Positions 18,779 through 27,983 of a stretch of DNA of 64,000 nucleotides are shown here, piece after piece. Numbering within the stretch: the first letter of the stretch is position 1; each line of letters begins with the position of its first letter. The notes beneath the pieces were generated by a model. That model was not told the DNA's origin, did no database searches, and was given only the letters and a program-made list of their open reading frames with translations. Source of the DNA: Clostridia bacterium (GTDB lineage Bacteria > Bacillota > Clostridia > UBA1212 > DUPL01); NCBI GenBank assembly GCA_050951325.1, contig JBMNIW010000004.1, forward strand, positions 105,173 to 169,172. The letters are read 5' to 3'. The position numbers and the translations under genes were made by a program.

Positions 18779-20423
18779 TCACATGACTCCCTTCAAATAT
18801 ACTCAACCCTTCTTCCATTACTTCTGAACTTGCATACCTTGCCAGCTTGTCAAGATAGAAGTCTGATGGAGGCTCCACAAACACCCAATCCTCCCTTTCC
18901 ATGTCATAACAAACTATCTCCCTAAGGTGGTACCTTCTTCCAAGAACCAGATCCTTTAACGCCTTTATACCAAGAATGTACAACTTTTTCTCCATCTCCC
19001 GCATGTCATCCACATTTGAGCCGAACTCGCAGTCCTCTCTGTCTATACATATCTCATGTATGCTCATTACCTTAATCCTCCCATCCTTCAGCCTTCCCAG
19101 ATGAATAATCAAATCAATACTGCCCGCAATATCCTCTTCCGCTGTATTCTTGTCGTTGTACATGGATGTCCTAAGCATGAGATTCCGTAGGTTTGGAACA
19201 ACCTCTTGCGGTGAAAAAGAATGCATTGTGGCACAAACGCCAGCATTCAACCTCAATGCACTGTTTACAAGCTCCGCCACCTCTTCAGGCATTGTAATCT
19301 CACTGACACAAAGGACATCTCTAGATGTCTTTAAAAGATACGCAAAGCATTCGGAGAGGTTCTTTTTGTCATTCTCCACAAGAGTAATTACATTCTTTGA
19401 CGGATATTTCCTGCTTACCTGCAGCTCATTCTGTGGGTCCAGTATTCCAATTCCCCAGGAATCCGGGTACTTTTCCAGCATGGAAAGTAGAAAAGTGCTC
19501 TTTCCCACTCCCATGTCTGAGCCGGTGACAAAAAAGCTGCCTCTTCCCGCCTGATTCATAATAAGGAACCTGTAAATCCCATCATTGATTGTGTTATACT
19601 TGTCCCTCATTTCTTCAAGAGTAATATTCTTCAAATTGAATATTCTCTCATTGTAGTACGCATCATCCGTACTGGGAGTTACTTCGTATCCTGCCACACT
19701 TATTCTGTTAAAATTGTTCTTGGAAGTTACAACAATTGGATTTTGTCTGTCGTAGTTCAGTGATGAGTTCTGCGTTGTTTTCTTCTGAATGTTCAGTATG
19801 GTTCCGACACTGTCAAAGGACAAAAACACAAGTCTTATCTTTCTACCCTTGTATGTAATATAAACATAATCCTTGTTAAGGACACCTATTTCGTTAATAT
19901 CCTGGTTCTGCAAACTGTCTATGCAGTCCTGTCCATAGGCAAACGCATACAAAAGAATGGACAAAAATATGCATCTTTCCCTTTTGCTTTTGTATCTCCT
20001 TGTTATTGTGTCATCTTTATCCTCATTCCTTACTATCTCCCTTAGCTCCACCCAGGTAAGAACGTTTTCCACATGGTATTTGTCAATCATTTCTCCCAAT
20101 CTTCTATTCTCCAGGAGGAACTCAAACACTATCTGCGGTTCGTTGTCCAGAATGTTATCAAAGTTAATTATCCCCACCGTTTCCTTGTCCACATCAAATA
20201 GTTTACCGGATGACAACACCCTCACGTAATAGTCTATTATATTGTTCCTTGCGTCCGCATCTCCTCTTGCAGCCATATCCTTAAGCTCTGTCATCATATT
20301 TATGGCAGACTCCGCCTGTTTCAAATCTACATGGTAAACGGACATATACAACTCCACATCCGTAAGTATTCCCGAAACCTTGTTAAGAAGCCTTGTCCAC
20401 TTTATATCCCTTGAAAGACTCAT
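18771..20423 (-). CDS. CpaF/TadA (VirB11-like) pilus assembly ATPase
   Basis: Walker A variant GSDMGVGKST, Asp box LDPQNEL, Walker B VLCVSE, His box ATMHS, IDLIIHL. Confidence 0.8.
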   Translation of the reverse strand: MSLSRDIKWTRLLNKVSGILTDVELYMSVYHVDLKQAESAINMMTELKDMAARGDADARNNIIDYYVRVLSSGKLFDVDKETVGIINFDNILDNEPQIVFEFLLENRRLGEMIDKYHVENVLTWVELREIVRNEDKDDTITRRYKSKRERCIFLSILLYAFAYGQDCIDSLQNQDINEIGVLNKDYVYITYKGRKIRLVFLSFDSVGTILNIQKKTTQNSSLNYDRQNPIVVTSKNNFNRISVAGYEVTPSTDDAYYNERIFNLKNITLEEMRDKYNTINDGIYRFLIMNQAGRGSFFVTGSDMGVGKSTFLLSMLEKYPDSWGIGILDPQNELQVSRKYPSKNVITLVENDKKNLSECFAYLLKTSRDVLCVSEITMPEEVAELVNSALRLNAGVCATMHSFSPQEVVPNLRNLMLRTSMYNDKNTAEEDIAGSIDLIIHLGRLKDGRIKVMSIHEICIDREDCEFGSNVDDMREMEKKLYILGIKALKDLVLGRRYHLREIVCYDMEREDWVFVEPPSDFYLDKLARYASSEVMEEGLSIFEGSHVNG

Positions 20424-21103
20424 GGACCACTCACCTTGTTTACAAGATGCAGCCTTGTATCCAAATATCCTGTTAAAAGAGCATTGTTCAGCGTCCTGAA
20501 CTCCTCTTCATTCACTGCAAGAATTATGGTGTAAAATCCGTCACTGTCCTTCAAATACTCACATTTGCCATTTACATTGGTACACAATATGTCATAAATC
20601 CTAATCCTGCTTATGACTTCCTGGTAGGAACCGTCCGGGAATCTTGCAATTATGTCCACATAGGTTCCCTTCATTGCAAGTTCTCCCACCAGACTTTTAA
20701 CTTTGAATTCCTTAAGTCTTCTAGTGCTTGAGAACTCCTCCTCATCCTGTCCTACAAGGTCAAAAGATATCTGCTGCCCTTTAACAACCGTATACTTCAG
20801 CATCCTGTCTTTTATCAAATCAAAATCACAAACAGCATTCTCAACGATCAGGTTTGCGGGCACTTTAACAACCTCAAAATTATTCCTGTTCACATCAGTT
20901 AGAACCACTCCTGACATAAGAGGGGTTTCTCCCTTGTATGTCAACACATCAACAAATGCGCCCGTACTCTTTTTATACATCTCCTCGTACACAAGGGATG
21001 TTTTCTTCTTAACCTGAGGAATTATCAAAAAGGTGTACAACGCCGCCAAAAGAGCAAGAGATGCAAGATAAATTGCCACGGTAAAGAAAGCACTCTTCTT
21101 CAT
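20420..21103 (-). CDS. CpaB/RcpC-like SAF-domain pilus assembly protein
   Basis: N-terminal TM, SAF-like segment (VKVPANLIVENA...VVKGQQI), GTYVDII motif. Confidence 0.7.
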   Translation of the reverse strand: MKKSAFFTVAIYLASLALLAALYTFLIIPQVKKKTSLVYEEMYKKSTGAFVDVLTYKGETPLMSGVVLTDVNRNNFEVVKVPANLIVENAVCDFDLIKDRMLKYTVVKGQQISFDLVGQDEEEFSSTRRLKEFKVKSLVGELAMKGTYVDIIARFPDGSYQEVISRIRIYDILCTNVNGKCEYLKDSDGFYTIILAVNEEEFRTLNNALLTGYLDTRLHLVNKVSGP

Positions 21104-21107
21104 ACAA

Positions 21108-22709
21108 TCAACCTCCCACCCGCATAAGCTTTGAAATTACAGTATCATAGCTTGACGCAATGTCGCATACATCATCATTTACATAATAGCTTCCCTTGAC
21201 ATTTCTTGAAACAAGTCTTCTTCTGTCATATGGAATTGCGCCCAAATACTTGCTCCTACCCACAATCATGGAAATACCCGACTCAGGAAGACTTACCTTG
21301 TCTATGTAATCCCAGGCCACATACCTTAAATTTTCCTCCGATATGTATCCCTTTTGGGACAACCTGTGGTAATATGCACAGCACAATTGTATGTCGTCAA
21401 CATTGGCATAAGGAACTGCAATTACATAGTCTGAATTTAGCATCATTGCATTCTTTACTGGTGACATTAGTCTTTCTTCTGCCGCCACTATTACAAGGTC
21501 GAAATTGTTGTATGCCCAGTGACAGAAATTCCTCACATCCCTGACATCGTGAATTTCAAGTTCATCAAATATGCCACTTCGTGCAATATATAAATTACTG
21601 TTTGCGTCAAAGCTTTTTAAAAGGCCACGCCTTACCCATTCTCTTGCGCTTCTGCCAAGATACGTCTTCATCCCATAATTCAGGCTGAAGATATCGCTCT
21701 CCGATACATAGGATGCATTTGATGTGCCGGAAAGATAATATGTAATAATATTATCCGTATCTGCAAGTTCGAATATGGCTGTTTTGTAATTCAGGAAAGT
21801 AGCCGCCACATACGCAAGCTCGCAGGCAAAACCCATGTTCCCATCCACTGTAACAACAATTCTCTTGTACCGGTTTACATATCTCACACTATTTATTTTT
21901 GCATTCACAGAAGTACGGGCATTTTTCTCCCCTTCTTTAAGGAGTTTAATCTCCCTCTTAAGCTCTTTCACATCAGCAAACCTGTCTTCTGGCTCAAACT
22001 TCATGCATTTCTCAAGAACTTTTCCAAACTTCCCATATTCCTTAAGTCTCTTTCTGTTTACAGGAGGTTTTCCGGACATTGAATAAAGAAGCACTGCGCC
22101 TATTGAGTAAATGTCACTTGACAGCATGGGCTTGCCATACAAAACCTCCGGCGCTGAATATATTTCAGTCCCAAGAACCTTTGTCGTATATTCCTCAATA
22201 TTCACCGCATTTTCTGATATGTGATAAGAAGCTTCAAAGTCGCAAATCCAGATTCTTTCAAGCTTTGAATCCACCAGGATATTGGACGGCTTCAAATCTA
22301 CAAAAGCGTAGGGACCATCGGAGTGTTCATGCATTTTTTCAATTACGTCGCACAGAAGCAAACCAAAATCCATGCATTGTTTTCCATCAATGCATCCTTT
22401 TTCTTTTATGTACTCTTCCAAGGTAATGGCCTCAATCCATTCACGGACAAGATACCGAAAATCACCTTCTTCGAAGCTGCATATGAACTTCGGAACAAAA
22501 TCAAAGGAGAATGAACTAACTACTTTAACCTCATTAACTCCACAAAGGTCATCACGGTCCCAACGCTTGATGCAAACTTCCTTGTCTGTTGCCATATCAA
22601 TCGCCCGCTTAACCTTATCAGACGATGTATCGTCAATAACCCTAAAGCGCTCACTCAAGCATACTTTCAGCTCACTCACGAATAACCACCTGCTTCGGTT
22701 TTTAGTCAC
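21108..22709 (-). CDS. Ser/Thr protein kinase fused to degenerate TadZ/CpaE/MinD-like domain
   Basis: Kinase motifs VCIK, VDLKPSNIL, DFE, GTEIYSAPE, SDIYSIG. C-terminal ParA/MinD-like pattern (FACELAY...KTAIFEL, FDLVIV, SDYVIAV, LGAIPYD). Start codon uncertain. Confidence 0.75.
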   Translation of the reverse strand: MTKNRSRWLFVSELKVCLSERFRVIDDTSSDKVKRAIDMATDKEVCIKRWDRDDLCGVNEVKVVSSFSFDFVPKFICSFEEGDFRYLVREWIEAITLEEYIKEKGCIDGKQCMDFGLLLCDVIEKMHEHSDGPYAFVDLKPSNILVDSKLERIWICDFEASYHISENAVNIEEYTTKVLGTEIYSAPEVLYGKPMLSSDIYSIGAVLLYSMSGKPPVNRKRLKEYGKFGKVLEKCMKFEPEDRFADVKELKREIKLLKEGEKNARTSVNAKINSVRYVNRYKRIVVTVDGNMGFACELAYVAATFLNYKTAIFELADTDNIITYYLSGTSNASYVSESDIFSLNYGMKTYLGRSAREWVRRGLLKSFDANSNLYIARSGIFDELEIHDVRDVRNFCHWAYNNFDLVIVAAEERLMSPVKNAMMLNSDYVIAVPYANVDDIQLCCAYYHRLSQKGYISEENLRYVAWDYIDKVSLPESGISMIVGRSKYLGAIPYDRRRLVSRNVKGSYYVNDDVCDIASSYDTVISKLMRVGG

Positions 22710-22746
22710 AAATTAATGATATCAGGTGTTTTTTTCTAAGTCCAGC

Positions 22747-22854
22747 TTGGGCTTATTTCCCAAAAGTGATTTTTAGTTTTGCATTGTATGTAAATAAAAA
22801 AACACCGTATCCTCCAAGAAATACGGTGAAAAGGCTTTGGATTATTTCCCAAAA
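22747..22854. promoter_or_regulatory. Two copies of a TT(G/T)GG-N7-CCCAAAA box upstream of the Tad-like operon
   Basis: TTGGGCTTATTTCCCAAAA (22747-22765) and TTTGGATTATTTCCCAAAA (22836-22854). Confidence 0.45.
22796..22828 (-). terminator. Intrinsic terminator of cwlD
   Basis: CACCGTAT/ATACGGTG stem followed by a T-run on the minus strand. Confidence 0.7.
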
Positions 22855-22889
22855 CGCCATATTTTGTTTTTTATGAGTAAAAATTTTTA

Positions 22890-23687
22890 TTAATTTGGTT
22901 TGGAAGTTGCATTTGGCTTTGATGAGGGACCTGGTTTTGGTACATTAACTGTAAAATATTTGTCTATACCCAGCTTTATAGCATTTGCAAGCTTGGTCTG
23001 ATATGCCTCGTCTATTAACTTCTTCTCTTCCGCCTCATTAGACAGGAAGCCGCATTCAACTATAACTGTTGTAACCTTGCAATCCTTTGTGATGATAATG
23101 TCCTCGCTCTTCATAAGCGCTTCCCTCTTGTTGGAGGGATCCACATTCTCCCTCAAGGCATCCTGTATGCTAATTGCAAGCTTTTTGCTGGCAGGAGAAT
23201 TCTTTGTATAGAAGACTTGTGCTCCGGAATACTTCGTCTGCTTGAACCCATTCATATGAATACTTATAACAATATCGGCATTGGACTCATCCATTAATTT
23301 CTTCCTATGCAGCAAATCCTGCCTTCTTTTTGCAGTATTGGACAGATTATCCCCTTCATAAACCAGAACATCTTCCGTCCTTGTCATAATTACGGTATAC
23401 CCTGCTTTCTCAAGCAATTCCTTGAGCTTGAAAGCAATTGCAAGATTCAAATCCTTTTCCTTGGCCCCGCTGTACATGCTTGTGGCACCAGGATCTTCAC
23501 CACCATGCCCCGGATCCAGAACAACCACTTTTCCTTTAGTGTTTAATGTAGGTATTGTGGATGCTTCCACGCCATCCTTCTTGTTGCTTAGTCCCAAATT
23601 AACACCAACAATACCGAGTACAAGTACAAATATCAGAACACTCAGCATTATGTTGCTTCTTTTCAATATTACTATCAATGATGACAC
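22890..23687 (-). CDS. cwlD: N-acetylmuramoyl-L-alanine amidase (CwlD-like)
   Basis: Amidase_3 motifs LDPGHGGEDPGA, EKDLNL, SIHMN, GAQVFY, VECGFLSN; CwlD-typical KRRQDLLHR. Confidence 0.8.
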   Translation of the reverse strand: MSSLIVILKRSNIMLSVLIFVLVLGIVGVNLGLSNKKDGVEASTIPTLNTKGKVVVLDPGHGGEDPGATSMYSGAKEKDLNLAIAFKLKELLEKAGYTVIMTRTEDVLVYEGDNLSNTAKRRQDLLHRKKLMDESNADIVISIHMNGFKQTKYSGAQVFYTKNSPASKKLAISIQDALRENVDPSNKREALMKSEDIIITKDCKVTTVIVECGFLSNEAEEKKLIDEAYQTKLANAIKLGIDKYFTVNVPKPGPSSKPNATSKPN

Positions 23688-23737
23688 CCCCTGTCATACC
23701 TTTTGATAAAGCATATTCATAAGGGAGTGTAAATATA

Positions 23738-24649
23738 CTAGAAAATTTTCAAATCTTCAACATTTCCGCCCATTTGCTCTATGGTGTTAACCACACTGAA
23801 AAAGTACCAATTCTGTTCTTTCCTTTCCTCTTCGCTCATCTCGGTACTTATCACAATTCTATCTCTAAGATCTATGGCATACTTCCTTAAAAGAGGAACG
23901 GCTCTGGAATCACCGTAATCAGCTAACATATAGACAACGATATGTTTTACACTATCATCGTTTATACTCTTGAAGCATCTTCTCAGACATCTGTATGTAT
24001 CATCACTTTTATGTTTTGTTATTGCATGTAGAAGATTCAGATACTTCATATCAATTTCATCAATATCATTTAGAAAACCAATCACCTTGTCAAAAGCCTG
24101 CATTGTAACAAGGCTTTCAACAATATATTCCAGAATATTGTCATTGGCAGGATGGCACTTCTTGATACCTTCCAAAAGGTCATCCACCAAATCCTCATAA
24201 GCCTGGCTTAAAACCACCGCCTGCCTATATATTTCAAAAGCCTCATATTCATCCTTATCATTGTAAACCTCATTATATGGCTTTGCAATCACATCATCTT
24301 GCAGTATATTTTTCACACAGGGCTTGGTATACTCAATTTCACTCAAGTAGTCAACAAAAAACCTGGGGGCCAGAATAATAAGATTTAGAGAGACAAGCTT
24401 TATAACTTCATATGTCTCTTCCTCGTTTTCAGGTTTCTTTATACTGTACAAGTACTCCTTAGGAATACCACCCAATTCTTCATTAAAAGTATTAAACCAT
24501 TTTTCCGTAATTTCATCGAAATATTCGGTGTAATCGTCAAGACTGCCATCAAAACTTTCCAGCATTTCACTATTATGATACGGATTAATATCAGATATAT
24601 ATTTCGCATACTGCTTTACAAGTGTTTCCATCGTTCTGTTATCTTCCAT
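23738..24649 (-). CDS. Hypothetical alpha-helical protein with HEAT-like repeat
   Basis: LADYGDSRAVPLL HEAT/PBS-like motif; start placed at MEDNRT after a GGAG SD. Confidence 0.7.
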   Translation of the reverse strand: MEDNRTMETLVKQYAKYISDINPYHNSEMLESFDGSLDDYTEYFDEITEKWFNTFNEELGGIPKEYLYSIKKPENEEETYEVIKLVSLNLIILAPRFFVDYLSEIEYTKPCVKNILQDDVIAKPYNEVYNDKDEYEAFEIYRQAVVLSQAYEDLVDDLLEGIKKCHPANDNILEYIVESLVTMQAFDKVIGFLNDIDEIDMKYLNLLHAITKHKSDDTYRCLRRCFKSINDDSVKHIVVYMLADYGDSRAVPLLRKYAIDLRDRIVISTEMSEEERKEQNWYFFSVVNTIEQMGGNVEDLKIF

Positions 24650-24650
24650 C

Positions 24651-25229
24651 TTAGTCTCCTTTGTAAACAAGCTTCTTCTTAATGTCATCAAAATTCTTAT
24701 TTAAGAATTTCTTACCCCTGTATCCTCTCAAGTAACCAAAACCTGCCGTAGGAATTACCAAAAGACCAGGCACAATGCTGGTTAGATAATTGACCCTTGG
24801 TACAACATTCGGGTCAAAAATCTGGTACAGCCAGTAAAACGGCATGTACAGTATGATTCTTACATAGTTGTTTACGTTGTTTATAACGAGGTGGGGATGC
24901 TGTACAATAAAGTACTTGTCAGCTATAAGTATCATAATAACTTCAGCCAGCACCACCAACACGAATCCAACAGAAGCACATACAAAACCTTTGCCTTCGT
25001 AAGTTGCACCAATATCCGGGCTTCTGTCCTTCTCTCCCAAATCATAGAGATTGATGTATATGAAGGAAAGAAGCACCAAGGTTGTTATTATCGAATATAT
25101 TGACTGTGAAATCGCAAGAGGCACTGCAAATGTGAGGTGTATAAGCACCGGGTATGAAGCCCAACTCAGAAAAACACCTAACAGGTAGCAGTATATAAAC
25201 ATTTTTACAACTCGAATATGACCTTTCAT
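24651..25229 (-). CDS. Hypothetical multi-pass membrane protein
   Basis: Four to five hydrophobic segments. Confidence 0.75.
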   Translation of the reverse strand: MKGHIRVVKMFIYCYLLGVFLSWASYPVLIHLTFAVPLAISQSIYSIITTLVLLSFIYINLYDLGEKDRSPDIGATYEGKGFVCASVGFVLVVLAEVIMILIADKYFIVQHPHLVINNVNNYVRIILYMPFYWLYQIFDPNVVPRVNYLTSIVPGLLVIPTAGFGYLRGYRGKKFLNKNFDDIKKKLVYKGD

Positions 25230-25289
25230 AAAACCACCAGTTAATCTTCCATTTTAATACTATAGTATTCCTAATATACAGGAATATAT

Positions 25290-27809
25290 TTACCTTATTA
25301 CCACTTTACCTCTCTCGTCCATGTACAAAAGCTTTCTGGCAGTTAGATAAATGGGTATTCCGTTTAGAATGACGCCTTCTTTCTTGAGCCAGTTCCTTAC
25401 TTCAACAAGAGACTTGAAAGGCTTTTGTTCGTGTTGCAGCTTGATAATCCATCTTACTATTTCCTTGTAGTCATCGGCATATGGATTGTCGGACTTTACA
25501 AAGATACAGTTTGGCAAATTGAAATTTCTCGTAGGTATTTCCACAATGTTGATGTACTGCATGTAGTTTTGCACTATCGATATCAACAAAAACGGAGTCC
25601 ACTCAACACCCAAATCAGGAAACGCGGAAAAATCCTTAATGCCTATCAAAGCCATATACTTCTTTTCCTCGAGTATGTTCAACACTTCCAGCTTAATGGC
25701 AGTAAGCTTGTCCTCTGTCAAACCAAGTTTTGAAACATGGACAAGTTTGTTTACATCACTTCTTAAAAACTCATCAGACAAACGACTTATAAGTTTTGCC
25801 TTCTTCACAATCTTTATCTGATTATCCTCGCAAAACTCGAAAAGTTCGTTTATCTTAATTTCCTGCTTATCCCTCAAATATCTTTTCACTATTGTATAAT
25901 TGCATGCATCATTCGTGCCTTTTGCACCTATGTTTGGTCTTGAAAATTCATATTCTTCCTCAAACATATACTTAAGTATACCATAAAGTTTTGAATAGTT
26001 GGTAATACTATTTCTTTTTATAAAATCCGCAAAAGCAGATTCTTTTCGTATGACCCCGTATACCTTTCTGCAGGATACCGGTATCCCTTTGATAAGCTCG
26101 TCCAGCTTCTCACGAAGATTGATATAATCTTCCTGAGTTATGTTCAACCTGTCTGAATGCATGTATGTGTTGTAGTCTATTGTAATAATGTCCTTGCATC
26201 TTGCCATGGTCTGGGCCATCATGGAATCGGAAGTTCCCATGAAGTAGCTTTTTAGATCCTTCTTGGTCACCTCTCCATTTTTCCTTATGAACTCCTTCAA
26301 CTCATATGCAAAATCTATGCCCCGGTCTTTGGATATCAAATCCTTGGTAAAGTAATACTTGTTTTTGAGCTTGTACTTCAAAAACCCTTGCAGGAAATAT
26401 CTGTTGTCAATATTCGACCTTGCGAGAAGCTCTTCCTTGAAGGCTTCAAATACCTCAAGATATGACAGCGCAACCCTGTCGCTTTCATCAATAAACTCCT
26501 CTATCCTCTGAACAAGGTCGTCGGGTATGTATATGTAATCAGGATGAATGTAGGTACTCCTGTCACACAATACCGTAATTTCTACAATGCGTGCCTCCAC
26601 AGCCTTGTTGGACTGCGGCAGTTTTATATTCCCAAAGATATCCGTAATTCTTCTTCTAAATATCTCCATTTCCTCTTCATCCGAAACCTTGATTCCAAGA
26701 GGATAATATTTCTTCATGACAACCTCGTACTTGTCAGCAAGACTCATCTGGTTGTTGCAGTAAACCGTATCAAAGCATGTGTAGTTCTTTTCAATAACTT
26801 TTTCAACCAGAAGTGCAGGAATTTCAAGCTCTTTCGAAGTCTCTTCCACTACTTCATACAGCTCATCGCTCTTGAAATACGGAAGTGCCTCCGACATGTA
26901 TTTTTCAATATTGATATAGCTGAAATCGCCCGTCATTGAAAACAGACCGTACTTCTTGTTGTAACTCTGATGAGGCTTTAATGTGCTTTTGAGCAGGTAT
27001 ATGAATATGTCAACAATACTGTCATCAACCATATTGGTTATGACATTCTCAAGAGCAATATCAGTATTGTCTGAAATAGCTGCAAAAAGGTTAAGAAACC
27101 TCTTTCTTTTGTCGCATTGTACAAAACCCTTGAACATAATCTCTTCCAGCTGTCTTACCCTCTCTCTAGTAATACCGCTGTCCCTGCCAACATCCTCCAA
27201 TGGTCTGCCCTGAGAGCGACTTTGCAGTATGTACATACACCTTTCAGTACCTGCAATCTTTTCCAGAGCATCACTTACCATGTCGTTGACATCAACACTC
27301 AAATACCTGACAAAGCTTTTTACAACAAGCATCTCTTTCTCATCGCACTCAAATTCCTTTATGACTTTTTCAATATCTGACACGTACTCAAGCACACCAA
27401 AATATCTGTTAAGAACTTCCAGCGAATGGATGTTGTCAGTATATGCGATAATATACGGCTTGAGTTTTCTCTGTTTAACATGGTCGGGAATTGTTTCGAA
27501 ATGACTCAAAAGAAAATGGGTATCCCCCATGCCTTGATCATTCAATAGTTTCTGGGAATTCCTGTCTATAGCATTGACCTTTTCCCTGATTTCCTTCAAA
27601 CTACCCTTCCCCAGTCTGCTGATAGACAAAAGATCTTCGTCAGGCATTTCCTTAATATCATTTACAATTATAATATTATTCTCAATCAAACAGTTGTACG
27701 CTCTAGTAGACAAAAAAAGATCCTCAATGGTAAGTTCGCCTTTTGCATATATTTCCGCAATTTGTGGGTCGATATATTCTTCATTTCGTTTTATAGTTAG
27801 TTTTTTCAA
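25290..27809 (-). CDS. Large protein with RNAP alpha-CTD-like and sigma70 region-4-like domains
   Basis: TIEDLFLSTRAYNCL...LLSISRLGKGSLKEI (alpha-CTD HhH) and LEDVGRDSGITRERVRQLE (sigma region-4 HTH). Confidence 0.8.
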   Translation of the reverse strand: MKKLTIKRNEEYIDPQIAEIYAKGELTIEDLFLSTRAYNCLIENNIIIVNDIKEMPDEDLLSISRLGKGSLKEIREKVNAIDRNSQKLLNDQGMGDTHFLLSHFETIPDHVKQRKLKPYIIAYTDNIHSLEVLNRYFGVLEYVSDIEKVIKEFECDEKEMLVVKSFVRYLSVDVNDMVSDALEKIAGTERCMYILQSRSQGRPLEDVGRDSGITRERVRQLEEIMFKGFVQCDKRKRFLNLFAAISDNTDIALENVITNMVDDSIVDIFIYLLKSTLKPHQSYNKKYGLFSMTGDFSYINIEKYMSEALPYFKSDELYEVVEETSKELEIPALLVEKVIEKNYTCFDTVYCNNQMSLADKYEVVMKKYYPLGIKVSDEEEMEIFRRRITDIFGNIKLPQSNKAVEARIVEITVLCDRSTYIHPDYIYIPDDLVQRIEEFIDESDRVALSYLEVFEAFKEELLARSNIDNRYFLQGFLKYKLKNKYYFTKDLISKDRGIDFAYELKEFIRKNGEVTKKDLKSYFMGTSDSMMAQTMARCKDIITIDYNTYMHSDRLNITQEDYINLREKLDELIKGIPVSCRKVYGVIRKESAFADFIKRNSITNYSKLYGILKYMFEEEYEFSRPNIGAKGTNDACNYTIVKRYLRDKQEIKINELFEFCEDNQIKIVKKAKLISRLSDEFLRSDVNKLVHVSKLGLTEDKLTAIKLEVLNILEEKKYMALIGIKDFSAFPDLGVEWTPFLLISIVQNYMQYINIVEIPTRNFNLPNCIFVKSDNPYADDYKEIVRWIIKLQHEQKPFKSLVEVRNWLKKEGVILNGIPIYLTARKLLYMDERGKVVIR

Positions 27810-27983
27810 AAACTTTCAACCTCTTTCTGGATTATGGAAAGAAAAAATACAAACAAATCAATTCTACCACAGGAGGTACCTTTTATCAAGAAAGATTAAG
27901 CAAGTGAAATCAAACGTTTATATTGCATTTTCAATTTATTAATGGTATTATTAACTAAAATATGGAAGACAAGGTGGCTAATA

